This document shows positions 1 to 12,400 of a stretch of 64,000 nucleotides of DNA, in pieces; within the stretch, counting starts at the first letter, position 1, and each line of letters opens with the position of its first letter. The translations under genes were made by a program, and so were the position numbers. The stretch spans positions 11,966,001 to 12,030,000 of the forward strand of contig CATNEN010000003.1 in assembly GCA_950097015.1 (NCBI GenBank), given 5' to 3'. Under the pieces are notes generated by a model. The model had not been told where the DNA came from, searched no databases, and was given only the letters and a program-made list of their open reading frames with translations. Source of the DNA: Macrostomum hystrix (Eukaryota > Animalia > Platyhelminthes).

Positions 1-358
1 AAACTCATCGTCTTCTAATCAACACATTGTCTTCTAATAAACACATCGTCTTCTACTAAACACATCGTCTTCTAACAAACACATCGTCTTCTAATAAACA
101 CATCGTCTTCTAATAAACACATCGTCTTCTAATAAACACATCGTCTTCTACTAAACACATCGTCTTCTAATAAACACATCGTCTTCTACTAAACACATCG
201 TCTTCTAATAAACACATCGTCTTCTAATAAACACATCGTCTTCTAATAAACACATCGTCTTCTACTAAACACATCGTCTTCTAATAAACACATCGTCTTC
301 TAATAAACACATCGTCTTCTACTAAACACATCGTCTTCTAATAAACACATCGTCTTCT
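1..358. repeat. 19-bp minisatellite (aaacacatcgtcttctaat)n in a PMCA intron
   Basis: About 18 visible tandem copies. Confidence 0.95.
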
Positions 359-432
359 AGAGACATGGTTTTCTGCACTAGAATACTTTGTCACCACTAT
401 CATTATTCTCGCACTTTTTTTAAATCCGTCAG

Positions 433-3400
433 TCCGCGAAAAGAAGCCAGGAGAGCATCATGATGAAAGCGAAGAGCAGGCTGGTTACATCGAAGGCTTG
501 GCCATCGCCGTGGCCGTCATTGTTGTCGTCCTGGTGACGGCATTCAACGACTGGAGCAAGGAGTGCCAGTTCCGCGGCCTGCAGGCCAAGCTGGAGCAGG
601 AGCACCTGTTCGATGTGATTCGGGAAGGCGCCGTTTCCAAGGTGCTAGTTAGCGAGATCGTTGTCGGCGACATCTGCCAGGTGAAGTACGGCGACGCCCT
701 ACCAGCCGACGGTATCATCATCCAGAGCAACGATCTCAAAGTGGACGAGAGCAGCCTGACTGGAGAGAGCGACCACGTCAAGAAGGGCGAGGACAGAGAC
801 CCCTGCCTGCTGTCTGGTGAGAAACACCAGTTGATCTCAGTGATGTCACAACAAATCTTCGATATGCGCAGTCTTTTGGCCTAAAACTCTCTCGACTCAT
901 TCTTTGACGATTGTTTCTTCTCTGCAGGCACTAACGTCATGGAAGGCTCGGGTCGCATGGTGGTGACAGCTGTTGGGCTAAACTCCCAGGCTGGCATCAT
1001 CTTCGGTCTTCTGGGTGCCAGCGGCGAATCTGACGAGACTGAGGAGAGCGAAAAAAATGAGAAAGATAAGAAGAAGCAGAGCGGCAATTCTTCCAAGGCA
1101 GGTAAGATACTGCGAGACATGCTAACTAATTGGCTGTCCAGTATTAAACCAAGATGCTTGGTAAAACTGAAAAATGTCACGAAGTCATTGCTTCAAAATC
1201 TTTTAATTGAAATCATCGACTTCATTACAAGTAGGTAAAGACGAGATCCGGGTTCTAAGTAAAATGTTAGCTAAAATCATCTAAGTTAGTCAACTTTCGA
1301 TCATTGAGAAAGTCTACCGGTTTTATATTGATAACGTTACTTGCTGTTTTCAAGATAAGCTTTGAAACCTTCAATTGAAATCCAATTTCGTGCAGGAAAA
1401 TATTCGACGTTCTCTAGAAACACCAAAGTCCATCAAGGTACTCTTTAGCTTTTTTAATTAAACATTTTCTTCATATCACAGTTTAGTAATCACAACGAAC
1501 TCATATACACGAAAGAATTGGGTTTTGAATAGTCTATTTGTAAACTCAACGAAAACATCTCATTGTTGCTGTCACATTATGAGAAAATATCACTAAATCA
1601 CATTGATTAAGCATACAGTATCACGCAGTGTTTTGTTCATTCTGCATTATAGTTTCTTAGATATCTTTTGCAAAGTTCGTTTATCTTTCATTCGCCGGTG
1701 CACGAGGATGCAATAGTTTCAAGAAATCTCAATCACGATGAGCTATATATTCTAAATCTAATGACTATGAGCCGTCAGAGGCTATGGGGTGGCTTCTCTT
1801 GACCACGCCCAAACCGCTACACTCGCGCATTGATCAGTGAGTTCACATTGTCGAGCGATAGCTAGAATTACATGCGCGCGCTAGAATTACAAAGAAATCC
1901 GAAAACTTGAACTCGAGCAGCAAGATGATATACTATGCTAAAGCGCTGTCTAAATCCCAGTCGTCGACGAAGTTCACGCGCTCTCGAAATTCCCTTGGAC
2001 GCGGCCCGGGTTCCTCTTCGAGCAAATTAAGGGCGTCGTATATAGGCATGGATGAATGAATAGAATGGATTGCTATTCTGGCTCTGGCTATTTTCTTCGT
2101 TTTTGACTCTTTTGCATCCGGTTCCCCCCGTGCCTTTTCATTGGTTGATGATTGCCATAGACAATTTTCGGCCTTCGCCCCTTGAAATCTTTCGATGCAC
2201 AAGCGCAAAGAACTGAGAATGTCGGTTCTCAGTTCTCGGGCGAAGTGCTCGGCTCAGTGCTTGGCTTCGCCTCGGCCAATAAACGAGTCCTCAGCCGTTC
2301 CCGGCCAAAATAAAAAAAAAAAGTGGGTGATAACTTATACTTATTAGCCACCTAAGAAGGATGCTAAGTTTTAACCGTGGAAAATGTGGTTACTTTAGCA
2401 GCTCTGGTATGCTCCTGAAACCAACCGTTACCAGCCCCCGAGAACACCCTACTTTGAGCCATAGACATATACGTTCAAGCAGCCTCAGTTTTACCAGCCA
2501 ATTCGTGAAACCACAGCTTACCAGACTGCTAATATAGGCAGATAATATAATATAGTTAATAATATAGATATAGATAATATAGTTAGCAGCTGCTAAAGTT
2601 CGCCATGAAACCAAACTTCAAGTAGCTGCGGTTATTTACCAGTTACCAGTTGCTCATGAAATTGGTCCCTGGGGGGATTTCGAAAAACCACATTTTCTTT
2701 TTTTTCTGTGTCTCCCAAAACAGTCAACCAATCGCAATGAAAATCTGAAACACGGGCCAAAATTTTCAGGTCTATCCGATGAAACAACTTTCAGAATCAC
2801 AAAGCATCGACATCGTCGATAACTTGACGATGCTGGCTCGTACGGTTTTGATTAAAAAACTATAGTTTTTCTCTATCCTCTTCACTTCAATCCGCTCGCT
2901 GACAGGCACGGACCAAATCCAGCTATCGAATGTTGCCACCGCCAGCTCTGTAGCGGCCTCTTCAAATGAAGGCTCGGATGCCAACTTGGAAGGCGGCGAT
3001 GGGGAGAACAAGCCAAAGAAGAAGAGTTCCAAGAAGGAGAAGAGCATCCTGCAGGCCAAACTGACTAGCCTGGCCATTCGCATCGGCAATGTCGGGTCGG
3101 CCATCGGCGCGCTGACTCTGGTTGTGCTCATCATCAGGTACTGCATAGAAACCTACGCTCAGGCCCCGACTGGTTCCGGCGAGCCATTTGAATTTACTCG
3201 AGATTTCAAAAAGCTTGTTGACTTCATTGTGATCTCTGTCACAGTCATTGTCGTGGCCGTGCCAGAGGGTCTGCCGCTGGCTGTCACAATATCGTTAGCC
3301 TATTCCGTCAAGAAGATGATGAACGACAATAATTTGGTCAGACATCTGGATGCCTGCGAGACCATGGGCAATGCGACAGCCATCTGTTCCGACAAGACTG

Positions 3401-6400
3401 GCACTCTGACTACAAACAGAATGACAGTGGTTCAGGCCTTCATTGCCGGTGAGTACTTCTAAACAATGGCAGTTGCTAAAAAACGTTTTCAAACCTTTCT
3501 TCCCTATTGCTTAGGGTTGAAAGCACTCAAATGGTCTTACCTAGCAACATGCCTAGCAATAGATGCGCGCTTCTAAGTCCTTGTTCTCCACCTTGGGGAC
3601 GTCACACAGGCAGACAACAAACAAGATGGTAGTTAGGCATAGTGATTAGCGTCATCCGACTCTAAGTCAGAACTGCGAATGCTCTGGTGCACTGGATGCA
3701 GCTTATTATTTCCTGTTCTATTCAGTGCGCTACATCGCTCTTGTGACAAGGGCATTGGGGACTTTGAAGAGCTTCTCCACGCCAAGACTCTTGTTACTAA
3801 AAATGGCATCTATTTTTCATTTGTCCGGTATGAGCTGGTATGAGCCGAAGCCTAGTCCATTGTTGCGGCAAAGACAAACCTTACTGTCTACTCTGAGAGT
3901 AGCGATGAGAGAAATAGCTTTAATCCTCACAAAACTTGTATGAAAAAACGTTTCTCCTCAGGCATCCACGAGAAGATAATCACCAAGAAATACAATGATT
4001 ATCCGGAGTCGCTGAGCGACATTCTCTGTCGGGCCATTTCTTTGAATAGCGGCTACACGTCCAGGCTTCTGGTGAGTGACTATGAAATAAAATCTAAGTA
4101 GATTGATTGTGCGAGAGAATCGACAATGGATTCATTGCAATTAAACCACATTTTACTGTATTCTCAGCTTGCCGATAAGCCCAACGAGCTAGCCAAGCAG
4201 GTTGGCAACAAAACAGAGTGCGCAATGCTCGGCCTCGTGGTAGAAATGGGTCGCAACTACGATGATTATCGAAGGGAAGTGCCGGAAGAGGCCATTCACA
4301 AGATCTACACGTTTAACTCGGTGCGAAAGTCAATGTCGACTGTGGTTAAGAGAAAGTCCGGAAGCGGCTACACCCTGTTCACCAAGGGCGCATCCGAGAT
4401 GGTCCTCGGCAAGTGTACCTACATTCTGGACGAGCGCGGTCAACCGAAGCCGTTTTCGCGAGAGGATCAGGTGAGTGCTTCAAGTTCTCTAATTTCGATA
4501 ACATTTGACGACCTAAGAATCAAAGAATTGATTTCATTAGAAGCGTTGGTGTCATAAGGAGGATGCAGCCTTGTGGTTAGAGCGTCGGACTCACGACGTG
4601 ATGGTCGGGGGTTCGATTCTCGAATCCAGGACACTTAATTCTGCATTGCTTCAGTTCACCAAGCTAGTAAATGGCTACCAGCATTGACTAGGGTAATTGA
4701 GGGCGGGTGTGGCGTCCCTCCAGTTCATGGACTTCTGATGCGTGGCACGATAGCTGCGACTGTGCTGTCGGCTGCTCATCTGGTCCAATTGGGGCAGTTG
4801 TAATCAATTATTATTATTATTATTGGTGTCGCGAGCAAAGTGAGGTCTTAAGGAAAAGAATTCTAAATATTTGTGTATAGTCGGCTTTAAAGACGCACTA
4901 CGCGACGGTACAAAAATTGAGTGCAGATGTTACCGCGATTGAACCGTAATTTAGCGTGGCGTTGGGCGAAAGGGATACGGGAAATTATATGCAAACATCG
5001 GTCTCTACTCGCTGCTAAGCTCTTACCACTGAGCTACAATTTCAATTTACTCAGGATCGCATTGTGTCGAGCGTTATCGAGCCTATGGCCAGCGATGGTC
5101 TTCGTACCATCTGCATCGCCTACAAAGACTTCGTCCCAGCCGGAGCCAATCCCGGCCCCAGCGACACCGCCTTCAAAGAGGAGCCCAACTGGGACGACGA
5201 GGACTACATTGTCTGCAAGCTGGTGTGCATCGCCATTGTCGGCATCGAGGATCCGGTCAGGCCGGAGGTGCCGGCCGCTATTCGACAGTGCCAGAGCGCC
5301 GGCATCTGCGTCCGGATGGTCACCGGCGACAACGTCAACACGGCCAGGTCCATCGCATCCAAGTGCGGCATTCTGAAGCCCGGAGAAGACTTCCTGGTGC
5401 TGGAGGGCAAGGAGTTCAACAAGCGAATTCGCAACCCGGCCACTGGCCAGGTGTCTCAGGATCTGTTCGATAGGGTGAGAATCCGTTATATAAAAAAGTT
5501 ATTGAATTTACGATGCGACGTACCTTTCTCAACGTCCGACACTCGAAGGTGTGGCCGAAGCTGCGCGTGCTGGCTCGCTCCTCGCCGCAAGACAAGTACA
5601 CCCTGGTCTCCGGAATCATCGCATCGAAGATCACAGTCGGTCGAGAGGTTGTCGCCGTCACAGGAGACGGCACCAACGATGGACCGGCTCTGAAGAAGGC
5701 GGATGTCGGCTTCGCCATGGGCATCCAGGGCACGGATGTGGCCAAAGAGGCTTCTGACATCATCCTGACTGACGATAACTTCTCTAGCATTGTCAAGGCC
5801 GTTAGATGGGGTCGCAATGTCTACGATTCTATCGCAAAGTTCTTGCAGTTTCAACTCACCGTCAACGTTGTCGCGGTGGTCGTGGCCGTCTTCAGCTCCT
5901 GTGTCATCACCGTGAGCCCTTGAATTTATTTGTTTTAGTGTCTTTAGAGGTTATAAGTTTCCCTTAACCAGAATTTACAGTTAACCAACCAAAAATCTCT
6001 AGGACACACCTCTGCGAGCTATTCAGATGCTGTGGGTGAACCTCATCATGGACACCCTGGCCTCCTTGGCTTTGGCCACCGAACTGCCCAGCGATGAGCT
6101 GCTGCAGCGCAAGCCGTACGGTCGAACTAAGCCACTGATTGACATCCGCATGCTGAGGAATATTGTTGGCAATTCCATTTATCAGCTGGTAATCACGTTC
6201 ATTTTGCTCTTCGCCGGTAAGTGCCCCAAATACCGAGTAGTGCCCCTTGGAATTTGTAACTAAAGACAAACAGATGTGAGCCAAAGCAGAAAAAATATAC
6301 TGCAGGTGACAGGATCATGGACACGCCAATCAAGTTTGGCAGCGCGGTGCCAACTCAGCACTTCACAGCGATCTTCAACGCCTTCGTTATAATGACCCTG

Positions 6401-9400
6401 TTTAACGAGATTAACGCCAGAAAGATTCACGACCAGAGGAATGTGTTCTCCGGCTTGGAAAGGAATGTTCTATTTATTATTATTTGGATTGCCACCTTTT
6501 TTCTGCAGGTAATTAACGACATTACATTTTTTGTTCTTGTGCTATTTTAAGGATGAAAAACACGAAGTTTACAAATAACAGTTCTTCTCATCCAGGTGCT
6601 CATCGTTCAATTCGGAGGCTTGGTGTTTCGAACCAGGGGCCTGGACTTGAGCCACTGGCTCTGGTGCCTCTGCTTTGGCGCCGGGTCGCTAATCTGGCAT
6701 CAGGTAGGTAGTGATTATTACCTTGCTGACATCTGAAATACTTCTTTCATAATTTACTTAAAATTTTCGGGCCCGATGTGCAGCCGGCAGCACAGCCGCA
6801 GCTATTTCGCATCTGAAGGCTGCGTCCGGGCTGTTCAGTCCATGGACTGGGGGGACGCCACATCCACCCTCAATTAACCCAGCTGATCCTATTAAACATT
6901 TAACATGTTTAATAGTTAAAAATGAGGACTCAAAAAGTTTTCAGTTGAGTCTGGAATCGAACCCCCGACCTTCAAGTCGTGAATCCGGCGCTCTGACCTC
7001 TAGGCTACAACCACGCCAATACCTAATAGTATATTCAAGTATAGTAACTATAAAATTTGAACTAATTTATAACGTAACAAATAATCAGAAGAGACTTCTC
7101 TAGTATGTTGTTGCTCTTTTCAATCAAACTTTATCATCATCATCCCATACTCCTAGTTGGTCATCAGTGTTCCCATCAGCATCCTCCCATCGTGCCTTGA
7201 GATTGGCGGCAGTACAGAGGAAGAAATCGATCAGATTCTCGACGAAGAGGAAGCCGATCAGCCTGGCGATCCGATTGCTGAGCAGAACAGGCGCAGCCAG
7301 GTGCTGTGGATTCGCGGACTCGCTCGACTCAGAACTCAGGTAAGTCCCCTCAATATTGTGCAGTTCGAGTTTACTAGGAATTTTAAAATATATATCTGCT
7401 TGGTTGTAAAAATATCCGGTTAATTTTTCTTGCACAAATTTTGTTGTTGCAGCATAAAATAAAAAGCTTTCTATTATCGGTTATCGCTCAAAATTTCAAA
7501 ACCAGCTTGCATAGTTTTTAGGATCTGAAATAATACGTGAGGCGGTTAATTTAACTTAAACTTTTAAATCATTTAAAATTACTGAATTCGTTTTAAATAT
7601 ATGCGTGTCTGTCTACGAAATTATCGTTAGATCTTTATGTGACGAAATAACTGGCAACAGAGTCAGGCGGAACTCAATCCCAATTGTAGTTAAAATCCTT
7701 GTAAGTCAATGTAGCGGTAGCACTTTTAGACTGATCTCGTTTATTCGCACTGGGACACACGACAAGCAGGATGATTCGATCAGGCGTAGGAGCTCAATGG
7801 TAACAATGCGACAGGTGCAATAACTAGTAGTGGAGACGAAATTGACAGGACGAATAACAGTGCAAATAACAGTGGCCGGGACGAGAGGAGTAGACAGGTC
7901 GTGAAAAGGCAGGTCGGGTAAAAGGAGCAGTGAGGCGCGAGCGGGCTCAGGAGCCCTACTTAAATAAACTCGCCCGCAGGATAAACAAAGCGATCGATAA
8001 ATCTAGTCAGAAAGAGCTCGCACGCTCATTGGCCGGGGTAGTTAACATTGAAACACGCGTAGAAAACAAGCTAGGGTGGCGTAATGTACATTGGCGTCTA
8101 CTTACAGTAGTACTCTAACAATTTTAAATAATCATACGAAACCGCAGAAGTTGGTGATAGTTAAATGACATTAGTTCAACGGCCCAAGTAAGTACCACAG
8201 TTAGACGCCCCTATGGTACCATAAGAATAAAAACTAAAGGTAATTTTATTTTCATAATTAAAATGTAATATTTCTAAGCGCTTTCATGACAATGCTATTG
8301 ATTTTGTGTGCTAAGTTTTTATGGCAACAATATTTTTATTGGGGTAATTCAACTTTGAAAATCGATTATATAATGAGTTCACGATGCCAAAACTGTGGCA
8401 AAATCAAGAAGAAATAAATGCCAAGATGACTGAGCTATTAATGCACTATTCTGCGTCGTCAAAGAACCAGGACTTCAGGCTACAAAGTGTGAGTACAATT
8501 ATGCTTGTTTTGCTTGTTTATATTATTTACACTGATTTCTGTCGTCCGTAAATACATAAAAAATTGTAAACAGAGTTTTTGTTGTTGGATTGCACGTGTA
8601 AATGTATCAACAGTTCTGGTTAATCGTAGTTCAGTTGGAATTTTTGGATAAGACTTGCTTATTTATAACTGCTGGGGTAGAACAGGTAGCCAAGCAGAAA
8701 CGCTTAGGTAAGATAGCTGGGCTATGCTAGCAGGGTAGAATGGCTGGGGTAGAATTGCTGGGGGTAGAATGGCTGGGGTAGAATGGCTAGGGGTAGAATG
8801 GCTGGGGTAGAATGGCTGGGGGTAATTGGCTGGGGGTAGAATGGCTAGGGGTAGAATGGCTGGGGTAGAATGGCTGGCGTGGAATGGCTGGGGGTAGAAT
8901 GGCTGGGGGTAGAATGGCTGGGGGTAGAATTTCTGGGGTAGAATTTCTGGGGTAGAATTTCTGGGGTAGAATGGCTGGGGATAGAATGGCTGGCGTGGAA
9001 TGGCTGGCGTGGAATGGCTGGCGTGGAATGGCTGGGGGTAGAATGGCTGGGGGTAGAATGGCTGGGGGTAGAATGGCTGGCGTGGAATGGCTGGGGGTAG
9101 AATGGCTGGGGTAGAATGGCTGGCGTGGAATGGCTGGGGGTAGAATTGCTGGGGTAGAATGGCTGGGGTAGAATGGCTTGGGTAGAATGGCTGGGGTAGA
9201 ATGGCTGGGGTAGCACGGGGAGCTTAGAATATTTGGGGTAGAGTTAAGGCATTAGACAGGTAGTGAGTTGCAGTTGAATGAAATCTATTTTGTGCTTCAC
9301 TATTTCAGCATCCTACGGTTAACGACATGCGCTCCATTGAGACTTGGATTTTGGCCACCAAAAGGAGGCTGGAATTTTCAAGATTTTGACACTGTTTTGC

Positions 9401-12400
9401 GTTGCCATGGCAATCACGCAATCACGGACGGACGAGGTCAAAGAAACGACTGAAGAAAGTATAACTATAAAAAAGAGACGATTTTGATAGTCTAGCTAAT
9501 ATTTGCTGGACAAATTAGTTTAGTCATTCTTGCTTACTTAGCTAAAATGCTAATAAAATAACCGGTTTTAGGTAATCAAATAGAATAAAAGTCTAGATAC
9601 ACTTCGTTTTCTCACAGTAAATTCTAGCGTGTACCAATTGCTAGGCTTGTCACTGCTTCACGCCCTAATTTAGCTTAAGTTAACGTAACTTAGACCCCAG
9701 GCCTCAGTTGAAAAAGAAATAAACTGAATTATTCTCATTGGCTGGCACGGTATCAGCCAATCAGTGCGAAGCAAAGAAACTCCGGGTGTTTCGGAGATGC
9801 GGCCGTTGTCCTATCAGAAGTATTTTATTTCTAACATAAATTTTACCACACTGAGTGTAAATCTGCCACTGGGACCTGCTCTCTCCTGTCTCATCTCTCC
9901 CGTGTCTCATCTCTCCCGTGTCTCATCTCTCTCCTGTCTCATCTCTCCCGTGTCTCATCTCTCCCGTGTCTCATCTCTCCCGTGTCTCATCTCTCCCGTG
10001 TCTCATCTCTCTCCTGTCTCATCTCTCCCGTGTCTCATCTCTCTCCTGTCTCATCTCTCCCGTGTCTCATCTCTCCCGTGTCTCATCTCTCCCGTGTCTC
10101 ATCTCTCTCCTGTCTCATCTCTCCCGTGTCTCATCTCTCTCCTGTCTCATCTCTCCCGTGTCTCATCTCTCCCGCGTCTCATCTCTCCCGTGTCTCATCT
10201 CTCCTGTGTCTCATCTCTGTCCTGTCTCATCTCTCCCGTGTCTCATGTCTCCCGTGTCTCATCTCTCCCGTGTCTCATCTCTCTCCTGTCTCATCTCTCC
10301 CGTCTCTCATCTCTCCCGTGTCTCATCTCTCCCGTGTCTCATCTCTCCCGTGTCTCATCTCTCTCCTGTCTCATCTCTCCCGTGTCTCATCTCTCTCCTG
10401 TCTCATCTCTCCCGTGTCTCATCTCTCCCGTGTCTCATCTCTCCCGTGTCTCATCTCTCTCCTGTCTCATCTCTCCCGTGTCTCATCTCTCTCCTGTCTC
10501 ATCTCTCCCGTGTCTCATCTCTCCCGCGTCTCATCTCTCCCGTGTCTCATCTCTCCTGTGTCTCATCTCTGTCCTGTCTCATCTCTCCCGTGTCTCATGT
10601 CTCCCGTGTCTCATCTCTCCCGTGTCTCATCTCTCTCCTGTCTCATCTCTCCCGTGTCTCATCTCTCCCGCGTCTCATCTCTCCCGTGTCTCATCTCTCC
10701 TGTGTCTCATCTCTGTCCTGTCTCATCTCTCCCGTGTCTCATGTCTCCCGTGTCTCATCTCTCCCGTGTCTCATCTCTCTCCTGTCTCATCTCTCCCGTG
10801 TCTCATCTCTCTCCTGTCTCATCTCTCCCGTGTCTCATCTCTCCCGTGTCTCATCTCTCCCGTGTCTCATCTCTCCAATGTCTCATCTCTCCCGCGTCTC
10901 ATCTCTCCTGTCTCATCTCTCCTGTCTCATCTCTGTCCTGTCTCATCTCTCCCGTGTCTCATGTCTCCCGTGTCTCATCTCTCCCGTGTCTCATCTCTCC
11001 CGTGTCTAATCTCTCTCCTGTCTCATCTCTCCCGTGTCTCATCTCTCCCGTGTCTCATCTCTCCCGTGTCTCATCTCTCCCGTGTCTCATCTCTCCCGTG
11101 TCTCATCTCTCCCGTGTCTCATCTCTCCCGTGTCTCATCTCTCCCGTGACTCATCTATTCTTGTCTCACCTCTGTTTTGTCTCATATCTCCCTTTGTCTC
11201 ATCTCTTCTATTTCTTATCTCTTCCTTGTCTTATCTCTCCCAATTCTTATCTCTCGCCTGTCTCATCTCTCCCCTTGTCTTATCTCTCCCCTGTCTTATC
11301 TCTCCCCTTGTCTTATCTCTCTCCTGTCTCATCTCTCCCGTGTCTCATCTCTCTCCTGTCTCATCTCTCCCGTGTCTCATCTCTCCCGTGTCTCATCTCT
11401 CCCGTGTCTCATCTCTCCCGTGTCTCATCTCTCTCCTGTCTCATCTCTCCCGTGTCTCATCTCTCTCCTGTCTCATCTCTCCCGTGTCTCATCTCTCCCG
11501 TGTCTCATCTCTCCCGTGTCTCATCTCTCTCCTGTCTCATCTCTCCCGTGTCTCATCTCTCTCCTGTCTCATCTCTCCCGTGTCTCATCTCTCTCCTGTC
11601 TCATCTCTCCCGTGTCTCATCTCTCCCGCGTCTCATCTCTCCCGTGTCTCATCTCTCCTGTGTCTCATCTCTGTCCTGTCTCATCTCTCCCGTGTCTCAT
11701 GTCTCCCGTGTCTCATCTCTCCCGTGTCTCATCTCTCTCCTGTCTCATCTCTCCCGTGTCTCATCTCTCCCGCGTCTCATCTCTCCCGTGTCTCATCTCT
11801 CCTGTGTCTCATCTCTGTCCTGTCTCATCTCTCCCGTGTCTCATGTCTCCCGTGTCTCATCTCTCCCGTGTCTCATCTCTCTCCTGTCTCATCTCTCCCG
11901 TGTCTCATCTCTCTCCTGTCTCATCTCTCCCGTGTCTCATCTCTCCCGTGTCTCATCTCTCCCGTGTCTCATCTCTCCAATGTCTCATCTCTCCCGCGTC
12001 TCATCTCTCCTGTCTCATCTCTCCTGTCTCATCTCTGTCCTGTCTCATCTCTCCCGTGTCTCATGTCTCCCGTGTCTCATCTCTCCCGTGTCTCATCTCT
12101 CCCGTGTCTAATCTCTCTCCTGTCTCATCTCTCCCGTGTCTCATCTCTCCCGTGTCTCATCTCTCCCGTGTCTCATCTCTCCCGTGTCTCATCTCTCCCG
12201 TGTCTCATCTCTCCCGTGTCTCATCTCTCCCGTGACTCATCTATTCTTGTCTCACCTCTGTTTTGTCTCATATCTCCCTTTGTCTCATCTCTTCTATTTC
12301 TTATCTCTTCCTTGTCTTATCTCTCCCAATTCTTATCTCTCGCCTGTCTCATCTCTCCCCTTGTCTTATCTCTCCCCTGTCTTATCTCTCCCCTTGTCTT

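Noticed and set aside
1760-2300. GC-richer intronic segment with a 91-aa minus ORF (similar case at 7600-8120)
   Set aside because: No termini, second copy or protein motif could be identified; possibly old repeat debris.
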